Source: Candidatus Velthaea sp. (GTDB lineage: Bacteria > Vulcanimicrobiota > Vulcanimicrobiia > Vulcanimicrobiales > Vulcanimicrobiaceae). From it: a stretch of 64,000 nucleotides of DNA. Both the position numbers and the translations under genes were made by a program. Under the pieces are notes generated by a model. It was not told where the DNA came from. It did no database searches and was given only the letters and a program-made list of their open reading frames with translations. Location: contig JBEKHC010000011.1 in the NCBI GenBank assembly GCA_050012475.1, positions 1-64,000 on the forward strand, in the 5' to 3' direction. This document shows positions 18,718-28,531 of this stretch, piece after piece (within the stretch, counting starts at the first letter, position 1; each line of letters starts with the position of its first letter).

Positions 18718-19758
18718 TCACCGTCCGAGCGGAACGGGTTTGAACTGGGCCAGTTCCTCGCGCGTCGCGGGCGGCTTGATCGTTCCGGCGATGATGGCGG
18801 CGCGAATGCGCTTGATCCGGGCGATGCGCTCGGGCGTCATCACGTTCTTGGTATACGCAAAGGAACTCAGCCCGACGCCGTTCTCTTTGAGTCCCAGGAC
18901 GAGTTGACCGCTGGGCAGTTTTTGCGCGACGGTTTCCTGCGCCAGCCGGAAGACGCCGACGTCGACGCGCTTGATCATGCTGGTGAGCACCTTGCCCGGT
19001 GCGAGCGCGTCCTGATCGGAGTCGACGCCGATGATGTAGTCGTTCGGCCGCGTCTTGACCTGATCGATCGCTCCGATCCCGGCTTTGCCCGCGGCGACGA
19101 AAACGATGTCGGCGCCTTGATCGAAGAGCACGCCGCTGAGTTCCTTGCCCGCCGCAGCGTCGTCGAAGCTGCCGACGTATTTTACCGCGACCTTGATGTT
19201 GGGGTCGATCTCGCGCGCGCCCGCGGTGAACCCGGCCTCGAATTTGCGCAGCAGCGGGATGTCGATTCCGCCCAGGAACGCGATCTGGTGGGTTTTGCTC
19301 ACCATCGCAGCAGCCGCGCCGGCGAGAAAGGAGCCGTCCTCCTCTTTGAACGTGACCGATGCGACGTTGGGCTGGTCGACGACCGCGTCGATGATGGCGA
19401 AACGGCGCTGCGGAAAACGTGCCGCCGTTTCGTTCAAGTCCTTGGCCATCAGGAAGCCGATCGCGAAAATTAGGTCGTACTCTTTATTTGCCAGCACGGT
19501 GAGGTTGGGCTGGTAATCCGACGCGGACTTCGATTGCAGTACCGAGATGTCGGCGTGCAATGCTTTTTGCGCGGCAACCAAGCCGGCATAGGCCGAATCA
19601 TTGAACGAACGGTCGCCCAGACCGCCCGTGTCGGTCACCATCCCGATTCGTGCCGGGCCGCCCTCGGCGATCGTTTTCGCATGCGAACAACCCGCGAGCA
19701 GTGCGATACCCCAGGCGGCGACCAATGCCGCGCAGACCGCGCGGAAACCGTGCAACAT
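18718..19758 (-). CDS. BMP family ABC substrate-binding lipoprotein
   Basis: Lipobox LAGC; GGLGDRSFN, IGVDSDQ, TSMIKRVD. Confidence 0.93.
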   Translation of the reverse strand: MLHGFRAVCAALVAAWGIALLAGCSHAKTIAEGGPARIGMVTDTGGLGDRSFNDSAYAGLVAAQKALHADISVLQSKSASDYQPNLTVLANKEYDLIFAIGFLMAKDLNETAARFPQRRFAIIDAVVDQPNVASVTFKEEDGSFLAGAAAAMVSKTHQIAFLGGIDIPLLRKFEAGFTAGAREIDPNIKVAVKYVGSFDDAAAGKELSGVLFDQGADIVFVAAGKAGIGAIDQVKTRPNDYIIGVDSDQDALAPGKVLTSMIKRVDVGVFRLAQETVAQKLPSGQLVLGLKENGVGLSSFAYTKNVMTPERIARIKRIRAAIIAGTIKPPATREELAQFKPVPLGR

Positions 19759-19818
19759 CCGGGGGTGACTACGCCCTCGATGCGGGTTGGCCTTTCGACG
19801 GTCGCGAACCGCGCCGAA

Positions 19819-20994
19819 ATGAACGTGCCCGCAGCACGCAAGGGACCGACCCCGCGCCGGCCGATCACACGCGGCGAGCGGCGCGTTACCTATGCGCTCA
19901 AAATTCTCGTCGTGATCGCGCTCGCGATCTATCTGCTGGTCAGCACGCTCAACTTCTTCGCCGCGATCCGGACGACGGGTCTGCTCGTCGTGGGCTCGGT
20001 ATTTTTCGCGTACCTGATCTATCCGTTGGTGCGGCGGCTCAACGAGCGCGTCTCGGTGGGCTGGTCGATCGCCATCGTGTACGTGATGCTGGCGCTGCTG
20101 CTGGTCGTGACGGTTTTGGGACTGGTGCCGCCGCTGATCGATCAGTCGCAGAAGCTGGTGCAGCAGTTCCCCGGCTTCGTCGCCAAGGCCCAAGACGAGC
20201 TGGCAAACCCGACCAATCCGCTGCTGGCGCGCATCCCCGTCGGCTCGCGCAATTATCTTGCCAGCCTCCCCGGCCAACTGGGAACGTTCGTGCAGACGTA
20301 CGGCATCGACGCCGCGCAAAAAACGTTCACCATCGTGCTGTCGGCGGTTTCGGTGGTTGCCACGCTGATCATCGTTCCGGTCCTGTCGGCCTACATGCTC
20401 ATCGAGGCCGGCGACGTGAAACGCAATGCGCTGGGTCTGTTTCCGCCCAAACGTCGCGCCAAGGCGGAAGCGGTCGTCGACGATCTCGACCAGGTCCTCG
20501 GCGGCTTCGTGCGCGGCCAACTCATCGACGGTGCCATCGTCGGCACGATGATCGGCGTCATGCTGGCGTTCATGCACGTTCCGTACGCGCTGCTCATCGG
20601 CGTGGCGGCCGGCATTCTCAACTTCATCCCGTATGCGGGCGCCGTCGTCGGCTTCGTTCCGTCGGTGGCCATCGCGCTGCTCGTGAACGGTCCGACCAAC
20701 GCGCTCATCGTCGCGGGGCTGTTCGCCGTCATTCAGCAGATCGACGGCAACGTCGTCGCGCCGCGCGTCCTCAAGGACAACGTCGGGCTTTCGCCGCTGT
20801 ACATCATTCTCGCGATCCTCGTCGGCTCCGAACTCTTCGGGCTGGCGGGAACGTTCTTGTCGGTGCCGGTCGCCGCGATGCTGCGCGTGCTGCGCGAACA
20901 TTTGATCCCGCAGGCGGTCCCGGAAACGGAGGCGCCGCCGCCGTTGACGCGCAAGCCGCTGCGCGGCTCGCGGCCCGAAAAGGTTTCCCGGTGA
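19819..20994 (+). CDS. AI-2E family transporter
   Basis: GFVRGQL, NFIPYAG, QQIDGNVVAPRV, G..G.FLSVP. Confidence 0.92.
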   Translation: MNVPAARKGPTPRRPITRGERRVTYALKILVVIALAIYLLVSTLNFFAAIRTTGLLVVGSVFFAYLIYPLVRRLNERVSVGWSIAIVYVMLALLLVVTVLGLVPPLIDQSQKLVQQFPGFVAKAQDELANPTNPLLARIPVGSRNYLASLPGQLGTFVQTYGIDAAQKTFTIVLSAVSVVATLIIVPVLSAYMLIEAGDVKRNALGLFPPKRRAKAEAVVDDLDQVLGGFVRGQLIDGAIVGTMIGVMLAFMHVPYALLIGVAAGILNFIPYAGAVVGFVPSVAIALLVNGPTNALIVAGLFAVIQQIDGNVVAPRVLKDNVGLSPLYIILAILVGSELFGLAGTFLSVPVAAMLRVLREHLIPQAVPETEAPPPLTRKPLRGSRPEKVSR

Positions 20995-21860
20995 ACGTCG
21001 CCGGCGTCGACGTCGTCGGCGTGCCGATGGATCTGGGCGCCGACCGGCGCGGCGTCGACATGGGACCCTCCGCCATTCGCTACGCCAAGCTCAAAGAGTC
21101 GCTGGAGAAGGCCGGCATCCGGGTGAACGATCACGGCAATCTGGCCGTGCCCCAGCCGGAGTCGGCGTCGAGCGAAATGCAGCACGCCAAGTATTTGCCG
21201 ATCATTCAAGACGTCTGCCGCGAACTCGCCGGCGTCGTCGAGGAGATCGTTCGAGCGGGGAGCTTTCCGCTGGTGCTGGGCGGCGACCATTCGATCGCGA
21301 TCGGCACGTTGGCGGGCGTGCGCCGCGGGCGCGGCGCGGCGCCCGGGGTGATTTGGGTCGATGCGCACGGCGACATCAACACCCCGCGCAGTTCGCCCAG
21401 CGGCAACGTGCACGGGATGCCCGTGCACTTTGCGCTCGAAGAACACAGCGTGGCGCCCGAGCGGATGGTCTTCATCGGCTTGCGCGACGTCGACGACGGC
21501 GAAAAACGCATCATCAAAGCGTTGGGCGTGCGCGCGTTCACGATGTCCGACATCGATCGCTTGGGGATGGGACGCGTGATCGACGAGGCCTTGGCAATCG
21601 CTGGCCGGGGGCCCAACTCGCTGCACGTCAGCTTTGATATGGACGGCATCGATCCCAGCGAAGCACCGGGTGTCGGCACCGCCGTGCGCGGCGGCATCAG
21701 CTATCGCGAAGCGCACTTCCTCATGGAAGCGGTAGCGGCCTCAAACGCGTTGGGCTCGTTGGAAATTACGGAGATCAATCCGATTCTCGACCGCCAAAAC
21801 CAAACCGCGATCTTGGCCGTCGAGTTGATTTTGAGCGCGCTGGGCAAAACGACGCTGTGA
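20991..21860 (+). CDS. rocF: Arginase
   Basis: GVPMDLGADRRGVDMGP, GGDHS, DAHGDIN, SGNVHGMP, SFDMDGID; GTG overlaps AI-2E stop. Confidence 0.95.
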   Translation: MNVAGVDVVGVPMDLGADRRGVDMGPSAIRYAKLKESLEKAGIRVNDHGNLAVPQPESASSEMQHAKYLPIIQDVCRELAGVVEEIVRAGSFPLVLGGDHSIAIGTLAGVRRGRGAAPGVIWVDAHGDINTPRSSPSGNVHGMPVHFALEEHSVAPERMVFIGLRDVDDGEKRIIKALGVRAFTMSDIDRLGMGRVIDEALAIAGRGPNSLHVSFDMDGIDPSEAPGVGTAVRGGISYREAHFLMEAVAASNALGSLEITEINPILDRQNQTAILAVELILSALGKTTL

Positions 21861-21878
21861 CGCGCCGGCGAACGGGCG

Positions 21879-22394
21879 CTAGGCGACGAGGCGCAACGCC
21901 TCGGCGCGCGGATAGCGGTCGACGAGCCGGGCGTCGAGGCCGAACTTGCGTCCCGCCGCGGTTGCGATGCAAATTGCCGCGGCAACGATGAGCATGGCGT
22001 TATAACCGATCGTGTCGGTGCCCGCGCCGGCGGCGACGACGATGTTCGTCAGCGCGCGGACGATCGCGATCGTCGCGCCCAAGCGCACGAACACACCCAA
22101 GCCCAGCGAAACGCCGGCGACGGTGTCGGCAACGGCGATCAGCAGCGCAAACAGCGCGGCGTGCGGCACCACGTACCAGTTCAGCACTTGCGCGACGCGT
22201 GCATCGATCGCGGTGTGGACGAACGTCGTGTGGATGCGCGTCACGAGTCCGCCGCCGTGGATGAAGGCCGGCGCCCACTTCGCGTCCTTACCGACGAACG
22301 CGCTGTCGAGCCAAGCCAGACTGGAGCAAATGCGCAGGCACACGACGGCGGCTTTCGTGTTGCGCAAGGTGGTGGGCGGAAGACCAAAGAGCAT
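21879..22394 (-). CDS. DoxX/TQO small subunit-like membrane protein
   Basis: LR..W, GVSLGLGVFVRLG, AGRKFGLD C-terminal motif. Confidence 0.75.
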   Translation of the reverse strand: MLFGLPPTTLRNTKAAVVCLRICSSLAWLDSAFVGKDAKWAPAFIHGGGLVTRIHTTFVHTAIDARVAQVLNWYVVPHAALFALLIAVADTVAGVSLGLGVFVRLGATIAIVRALTNIVVAAGAGTDTIGYNAMLIVAAAICIATAAGRKFGLDARLVDRYPRAEALRLVA

Positions 22395-22598
22395 GCCCGC
22401 CTTATACCGCAATCGTCGCGGTGCGCGCAAGCGCTTCTCATTACAAACGAAACGCGTCGATGCCGGCCGGAGCGGCCGCTTCGATCCGCGGAATGAGCGC
22501 GATCACATCCGGACCAGGATCGAACGCGATGCTCGCCGGGTCCTTCGCCTGGAACGTGAGCGTATTTTGCGTGGGGGCGTCGAAGCTTCGGACACACC

Positions 22599-23687
22599 AT
22601 GAACGCAACCGGCTACCGCCTGGCGACCGAAGAACGCCTCAAGAACTTCGTGCGCGCGATCCTTTTCAACGTCGATATCGATCCGCTCGACGCGGCGACC
22701 GTCGCCGACGTCTTGGTTGCCTCCGACCTGCGCGGCATCGAGTCGCATGGTGTGGCGCGGCTCGAATCGTATTACGTGAGCCGCTTGCGCAAAGGCCAGA
22801 TCGAAGCGCACCCCAAGGTCGAGACGATTCGCGAGACGGGTACGTCGATTCTCGTCGACGCCGGCAACGGTCTGGGCCATCCGGTCGCCAAACGCACCAT
22901 GGAGAAGGTGATTGCGAAGGCCCAGGCGCACGGCGCCGCGTTCGGTGCCGTGCGCAACTCCAATCACTACGGGATCGCCGGTTACTATGCCATGATGGGA
23001 CTCGAACACGATCTCGTCGGGATGTCGTCGACCAATACGGTTCGGTACGGCGCGCCGACGTACGGCCGCGACATCATGCTGGGTACCAATCCGTTCGCCT
23101 ACGCGGTTCCGGCGGGCAACGAGCCGGCGTTCGTGCTCGATTTCGCCACGACCACGGTGCCGCGCGGCAAACTCGAAGTGTATGCCCGCAAAGGCAAACC
23201 GCTCAACGCGGGCTGGGCCATCGACGCCGCAGGCAACGAAACGCTCGACCCGCACGTTGCGCTCAAGGGCGCGCTCTTGCCGCTGGGGGGACGGGGCGTC
23301 GACAACGGCGGGCACAAGGGCTACGGCTTGGGGTTGCTCGCCGATGTCTTCTGCGGCGTGCTCTCGGCGGGAAGGTTCGGCACGCTGCTGCCGCTGCCCG
23401 GCGACGGTCCGGTTCCCGGCGCGATCTCCCATTGGTTCGCCGCGTTTCGCATCGACGGGTTTCGCGACGTCGCCGACTTCAAGCGCGACATGGATCGCGA
23501 GCTGCGCGGCTTCAAAGATGCAGCGAAAACTCCGGACCACGACCGCATCTATGTCGCCGGCGAGATCGAACACGACAACACGCTCGCGCATCGCGAGCAT
23601 GGTGTGCCGGTTCACGTGAACGTGTGGGATGGGCTCGAAAAGCTCGCCGGCGAGCTGGGCGTACCCTTCGATATCGGCAAGGTCTAA
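22599..23687 (+). CDS. Ldh_2 family oxidoreductase (malate/lactate/ureidoglycolate DH-like)
   Basis: DLRGIESHG, NSNHYG, GTNP, LDFAT, GHKGYGL. Confidence 0.94.
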   Translation: MNATGYRLATEERLKNFVRAILFNVDIDPLDAATVADVLVASDLRGIESHGVARLESYYVSRLRKGQIEAHPKVETIRETGTSILVDAGNGLGHPVAKRTMEKVIAKAQAHGAAFGAVRNSNHYGIAGYYAMMGLEHDLVGMSSTNTVRYGAPTYGRDIMLGTNPFAYAVPAGNEPAFVLDFATTTVPRGKLEVYARKGKPLNAGWAIDAAGNETLDPHVALKGALLPLGGRGVDNGGHKGYGLGLLADVFCGVLSAGRFGTLLPLPGDGPVPGAISHWFAAFRIDGFRDVADFKRDMDRELRGFKDAAKTPDHDRIYVAGEIEHDNTLAHREHGVPVHVNVWDGLEKLAGELGVPFDIGKV

Positions 23688-23720
23688 GCAGCAACGGGAC
23701 TTGGCTCCGCCGCAAGCGCG

Positions 23721-23809
23721 GTGCAGGGTTCGGAGCTTCGCACTGAACCCGTGGCGTTCGCGGCTGCGCCGCGAGCCGCACGTGGCGTTGAGGCTGCGCC
23801 GCGAGGCCG
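23721..23809 (+). repeat. REP-like palindromic element, copy B (hairpin plus two tail units)
   Basis: 23721-23784 matches the reverse complement of 25041-25104 at 59/64 positions; second GTGGCGTT.(A/C)GGCTGCGCCGCGAG unit at 23782-23809. Confidence 0.85.
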
Positions 23810-23904
23810 GGCTGCGGTGGCGGCTCGGTTTCGCCGCATGCCGTCCGTCGGAGACTAGCTCCGCCCGCCGCTTGGAGTTCGGCGCCGCGTACCGGACAGC
23901 GCGG

Positions 23905-24681
23905 TTAGAGTGTCACTTCGAGCGTTCCGTCGCAGTGAAGCCCGTTGCAGTCTGCCGGGACGTAATGCAGTGCCAGGAGTTTGCTGCGAATTTCGTCTTC
24001 GATCTGCGGGTCCGAGGCCGGTGCGACAAAACGGACACCGGTCGCCTGACCCGTTTCATCGACATCGATCGCGATCCGAATGCGGGTTCGTCCGCTCGCG
24101 AGCGTGCGGATCTCGGCGAGGGCCGACGGTTCGGCGAGCGCCGGGGGATAATTTTGTGTGAAGAGGCCGCCGAAGCTCGCGGCGACGACCGCGGGCGGGT
24201 GCGTGGCCGACGGGGCCGGTGCCGGCGTCGTCGCTGCAATCGCCGGCGGCGGGCTTGCCGCGTCAGCCGGCGTTGCCGCGCGAGCCCTTGGTGTTATGGC
24301 GGCGGTGGGGAGCGCCGTTAGAGCCGATGCGACCAGCGCCAGGCTCGGACGCGCCACGATGACGGCATGGGTCGGCGGCAGCGGCCGGATGATAAGAGCG
24401 TGTGAAGCGACAGTTGTAAGCAAGCGCCGCTCCGCGACGGCAACCGGCGCCGGCGTGGCCCGCGGCCGTTCGCGGCGAGGCGCTGCGGGCGGCGGCGCAA
24501 GCCTGGCGCGATGCTCGATCGTCGTGACCAAGCTGACGACGCCCCTGTCGGTCTCGCTCGACGGAGGAACGAAGCGGCTGTCAAGCAGGAGAGCCAGGAG
24601 CCACAGCGCGCACAGATGAGCGGCGATCGACAGGACGATCGCGATGCGGATTCTGGCCGGCGGCGGGTCGAAAGCGTTCAT
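23905..24681 (-). CDS. TonB-like protein (TM anchor, Pro/Ala-rich linker, TonB_C-like domain)
   Basis: LSIAAHL S-x3-H anchor; C-terminus IAIDVDETGQATGV...PADCNGLHC. Confidence 0.65.
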   Translation of the reverse strand: MNAFDPPPARIRIAIVLSIAAHLCALWLLALLLDSRFVPPSSETDRGVVSLVTTIEHRARLAPPPAAPRRERPRATPAPVAVAERRLLTTVASHALIIRPLPPTHAVIVARPSLALVASALTALPTAAITPRARAATPADAASPPPAIAATTPAPAPSATHPPAVVAASFGGLFTQNYPPALAEPSALAEIRTLASGRTRIRIAIDVDETGQATGVRFVAPASDPQIEDEIRSKLLALHYVPADCNGLHCDGTLEVTL

Positions 24682-24772
24682 CGCAGCTCGTGCCGGAGAA
24701 ATGCCCGCACGGGCGGCGCGCAACCTTTTTCGCCGCGCGTCCTTCTAAAGGCGAGAACGTCAGAGGGAGCTC

Positions 24773-25030
24773 ATGGGAAAATCGACCGACATGGTGCTGT
24801 ATCAGGCCGAATGGTGTCCGTATTGCGCGCGGGTGCGCAAGAAGCTCACGGATTTGCTGCTCGACTATAAAACGGTGAACGTTCCGCACGCGCACGCCGA
24901 GCGCGATGAAGTGAAACGCGTTTCGGGGCAAACGAGCATTCCGGTGCTCGTCGACGGCGATGTCGTGCTCGACGACGACGACGACATCATTCCGTATCTC
25001 GACAAGAAATACGGCACGACCGCCGCGTAG
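24773..25030 (+). CDS. Glutaredoxin-like protein
   Basis: WCPYC, SGQTSIPVLVDG; GGGAG RBS. Confidence 0.9.
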   Translation: MGKSTDMVLYQAEWCPYCARVRKKLTDLLLDYKTVNVPHAHAERDEVKRVSGQTSIPVLVDGDVVLDDDDDIIPYLDKKYGTTAA

Positions 25031-25040
25031 GCGCAACCCT

Positions 25041-25188
25041 CACGCGCGGCTCGCGGCGCAGCCGCGAACGCCACGGGTTCGGTGCGAAGCGCTGAACCCG
25101 GCACGGCAGCTTCGGCGCCAGCCTCAACGACGGCTCGGCGCGCAGCGCCGAACACAACCGCGGCTCGCGGCGTAGCCGCCAACGCCGC
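25041..25188 (-). repeat. REP-like palindromic cluster, copy C (inverted relative to B, several tail units)
   Basis: CGGCTCG(C)GGCGCAGCCG..AAC units at ~25047, 25131 and 25161 plus GGGTTCGGTGC-GAA-GCGCTGAACCC hairpin. Confidence 0.85.
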
Positions 25189-25214
25189 GGATTGCGCGAA
25201 GTGTAATCTGGCTG

Positions 25215-26792
25215 TTATTCAGGCCGGATCTCGATATGCGCCGCATCTTTGCGCCGCTTGGGCAGGATCAGGATCAGGGGCATGAGCACGAACGCGAGCA
25301 CGCCCAGTGCGAACTGGGCGTCCGCATACGACATCGCGCCCGCCTGCGTCACGATCGTTGCATAGAGGCCGCCGATCGTGCCGTGATTGGCGAGCAGCGA
25401 CTGCACGGCGACGCTCGAGCGCACGGCGTGCGCAGCGAGAATCTCTTGGTGGAAACTGTTGCGCCGGGCGAGGAGCGTGACGAGCGCAGCGGTCGAGAAC
25501 GAGCCGCCGAGCTGCAGCGCCAAGCTGTTGAACGCGGCCGCCTTGGGCACGACGTTGAGCGGCAGCGCGCTCAAAACGGCGATCGACAACGGCGTGAACA
25601 CGCACGACAACCCGACGCCGCTCATGATCGCCGGACCGACTAGGGCTTCAAAGCTCGTTCCGCTCGTGGTGATCAGCGCCAGCCAGAGCTGAGCGCTGCC
25701 GATCAGCGCGAAGCCGACGAACAGAAAGATGCGCGCGTCTATTTTTCCGCTGCCCACGAAGCGCGCGATGAACGGCGTCAGCGCCGCGATGAAGAACGCC
25801 CGGACGAAAATCAACTCGCCGCTGAGCGTCGCAGTGAAACCCAGCAGACTCTGCACGTACTGCGGCAAGATCACGGTCGCGCCGAAGAGCACGCTGCCGA
25901 TGGCAAAGCCGAGCGCCGTCCCCGCGGTAACGGCGCGATACCCAAATGCGCGCAGATCGACGATCGGCCGCTGCGTGCCCCACAGTTCCCAGACCATGAA
26001 CGCAACGAGGCTCGATCCGGCGAGAACGCCGAACGTCGTAATGACCGGATCGCTCCACCAGTCGTTGCGCTGGCCTTCGTCGAGGATGTACTGCAGCGAG
26101 CCCAGGCCCAGCGCGAGCAATCCGAGGCCGACGAAATCCAGCGGCAAGGCGCGCGGCTCGTTCGGATTTCTCAGCCGCATCAAGATGATGACGGCCGCGA
26201 TCGCACCGGGAACCACGTTGATGAAAAAGACGTAGTTCCAAGAAAAATTATCGGTGAGCCAGCCGCCCAATGTCGGACCGACCGACGGACCGACGATCGC
26301 GCCCATCGCGAAGAGCGCTTGACTGGCACCCAGCTTGTCGGCGGGAAACGTGTCGCGCAGCGCGGATTGCGCGGTCGCGACGAGACCGCCGCCGAACAAG
26401 CCCTGAATCACGCGCCAAAAAATCAGCGACGTGATCGAATCCGACAACCCGCAGAAGACCGACGCGATCGTGAAGCCAATGATCGCTGTCGAGTAATACT
26501 GCCGGCGGCCGAATCGCATCTGCAGCCAAGGCGTGAGCGGGATGACGATGACGGCCGAAACGATGTAGCCGGTCACCACCCAGGCGCCTTCGTCGATGGT
26601 CGCGCCGAGATTTCCTTGGATGACCGGCAACGCGACATTGACGATCGTGGTATCGAGCGTCTGCATCAGCGTCGCGAGCATGATCCCGATCGTGATGACG
26701 ACGAGCGCCGGGCCTTTTTCGACGACGTTGACGGCCGGGTGCGCGGGGCGGAAGGTTGACTTTCCGTTAACCCGCGGCGTTGCGATAGCCAC
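25215..26792 (-). CDS. DHA2 family (EmrB/QacA) MFS efflux permease
   Basis: LDTTIVNVALP, WVVTGY, GPSVGPTLGGWL, LDEGQRNDW. Confidence 0.94.
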   Translation of the reverse strand: MAIATPRVNGKSTFRPAHPAVNVVEKGPALVVITIGIMLATLMQTLDTTIVNVALPVIQGNLGATIDEGAWVVTGYIVSAVIVIPLTPWLQMRFGRRQYYSTAIIGFTIASVFCGLSDSITSLIFWRVIQGLFGGGLVATAQSALRDTFPADKLGASQALFAMGAIVGPSVGPTLGGWLTDNFSWNYVFFINVVPGAIAAVIILMRLRNPNEPRALPLDFVGLGLLALGLGSLQYILDEGQRNDWWSDPVITTFGVLAGSSLVAFMVWELWGTQRPIVDLRAFGYRAVTAGTALGFAIGSVLFGATVILPQYVQSLLGFTATLSGELIFVRAFFIAALTPFIARFVGSGKIDARIFLFVGFALIGSAQLWLALITTSGTSFEALVGPAIMSGVGLSCVFTPLSIAVLSALPLNVVPKAAAFNSLALQLGGSFSTAALVTLLARRNSFHQEILAAHAVRSSVAVQSLLANHGTIGGLYATIVTQAGAMSYADAQFALGVLAFVLMPLILILPKRRKDAAHIEIRPE

Positions 26793-26914
26793 GCTCTGTC
26801 ATCCGGTCTGCAGCGACCGGCTCCTCTTTTCATTTTTCGGCTCGCAGAGGGCGATGAAGAAGTCTCCACTGGGCGCCGATAGGAACGTAAGATGGGAACC
26901 TTCGTCGTGGTCCG

Positions 26915-28531
26915 ATGAGCGTGGAGTCAGGCATCATCTCCCTGCCGCAACCGACCTTCTGTCGGTTGGGCGGGGCTCAAGAGGCTGACCTCCGGTCGCG
27001 GACCCATGCCGACGACATCGGCACCGTCGAGCGCATCGTCGCTGCCGCGGCGGCCGAACGCCGCGCCTACGCCGTGGAGTACCGCACCGTCGCGCCGGAC
27101 TTATCGGTTGCCGTCGTCCAGGAAACGGGCTTCTTTCCCGAGCAGGCCGACGCGCCCGGCTCAGCCGTGCTCGTCGACATCACGGCGCGCCGGCGACGTG
27201 AGGAATCGGAATGGCGCGCCGCTCGTTACGATCGCTTGACAGGATTGCCCAATCGCGATTACTTTTTGCAGCGCGTCGGCGATGCGCTGCAGCGCGAATC
27301 CCAAGCGGGAAACGGCGTGGCCGTTTTCGTGGTGGACGTCGACCGCTTTCGCGAGACCAACGACCTGTTCGGCCGCGAGATCGGCGACCGGCTGCTGCAC
27401 ATGCTCGGCGCGCGGCTCGCTGACGGCGTGGCGGCCGGCGGCTGCGTCGGTTATCTGGGTCTCGATATCTTTGGCGTGCTGGTGACGACGGCGCGGGATG
27501 ATGCGGCGGTTTCGCGGATCGCCCGCGAGCTGATGCTCGCGATCGCCGAGCCGTTCGTGATCGAGCTGCAGCCGTACCACCTTTCGGTAAGTGTCGGGAT
27601 CAATGCGCCGCTGGAGCACGAACGCGATGCGGGCGTTCTAGCGCGCGGCGCCTACACGGCGATGCGGGCGGCAAAAGTCGCCGGTCGCAACCGCTCGCGC
27701 TGGTACTGCAGCGAGATGTCTGCTCACGCCGCCAATGAAGGCCGGCGCCGGAACGAGCTCAACGCGGCGCTCAAGAACGGCGAGCTTGCGCTGTACTATC
27801 AACCGATCGTCGATATCGCGTGCGATCGGATCGTGGCCGTCGAGGCGCTCGCGCGCTGGAACCATCCGACGCGCGGCCTCTTGCCGCCCGCGGAGTTCAT
27901 CGACCTCCTCGATCAGACCGAATACGTCGTCGCCTTCGGCGAGTGGGTGTTGCGCGAGGCCTGCCGTCAAGGACAAGCGTGGCTGGCGGCAGGTCTCGAC
28001 GTGCGGATGTGCGTGAACGTTTCGGCGCTGCAGTTCCGCCAACCGAATTTCATTTCGCTGGTCGCATCGATCCTCCAGCGCTCGGGGTTGGTCGCAGAAC
28101 AGCTCGAAATCGAGTTGACGGAGAGCGTCATGGTCGACGGATTCGGCGAAATGGTCGAGCGCTTGAGCCGGCTCAAGTCGCTGGGCGTACGTTTGGCGAT
28201 CGACGATTTCGGCACCGGATACAGCTCGCTGGCCTACCTCAAATATTTCCCGATCGACACGTTGAAGATCGATCGGGCCTTCGTCGCCGATATCGCCGCC
28301 GATACCTTCGATCGTGCGATCGCGACGACGGTGCTCACGCTGGCCAACGAACTCAAACTCGATTGCGTGGTCGAGGGTGTCGAAGATGTCGAGCAGCACG
28401 ACATCTTGTGCGCGATCGGCTGCCGGTTCATGCAGGGATTCTATTTTGCCGAGCCCATGGCGCCGGGCCGTTTGCTGCCGTTGCTGCGGGCGGCAACGCA
28501 ACATCAAGCGCTGCGCGCGGCACCGCCTTAG
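26915..28531 (+). CDS. PAS/PAC-GGDEF(degenerate)-EAL protein, likely c-di-GMP phosphodiesterase
   Basis: DRLTGLPNR; GGDEF site reads GLDIF; VEALARW, DDFGTGYSSL, KIDRAF, EGVE. Confidence 0.92.
   Translation: MSVESGIISLPQPTFCRLGGAQEADLRSRTHADDIGTVERIVAAAAAERRAYAVEYRTVAPDLSVAVVQETGFFPEQADAPGSAVLVDITARRRREESEWRAARYDRLTGLPNRDYFLQRVGDALQRESQAGNGVAVFVVDVDRFRETNDLFGREIGDRLLHMLGARLADGVAAGGCVGYLGLDIFGVLVTTARDDAAVSRIARELMLAIAEPFVIELQPYHLSVSVGINAPLEHERDAGVLARGAYTAMRAAKVAGRNRSRWYCSEMSAHAANEGRRRNELNAALKNGELALYYQPIVDIACDRIVAVEALARWNHPTRGLLPPAEFIDLLDQTEYVVAFGEWVLREACRQGQAWLAAGLDVRMCVNVSALQFRQPNFISLVASILQRSGLVAEQLEIELTESVMVDGFGEMVERLSRLKSLGVRLAIDDFGTGYSSLAYLKYFPIDTLKIDRAFVADIAADTFDRAIATTVLTLANELKLDCVVEGVEDVEQHDILCAIGCRFMQGFYFAEPMAPGRLLPLLRAATQHQALRAAPP

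Noticed and set aside
15372..21860. Apparent giant fusions in the ORF track (514, 737, 727 and 736 aa; also 34086-36149 and 42989-45739)
   Set aside because: The N-terminal extensions overlap other real genes; recognisable protein begins at internal starts
23690..25200. Possible CRISPR array from the short repeated units
   Set aside because: Units are degenerate and abut each other without unique regular spacers, and no cas genes are present; REP-like fits better
26915..27720. Active diguanylate cyclase
   Set aside because: Signature reads GLDIF rather than GG(D/E)EF; degenerate GGDEF next to an intact EAL is common
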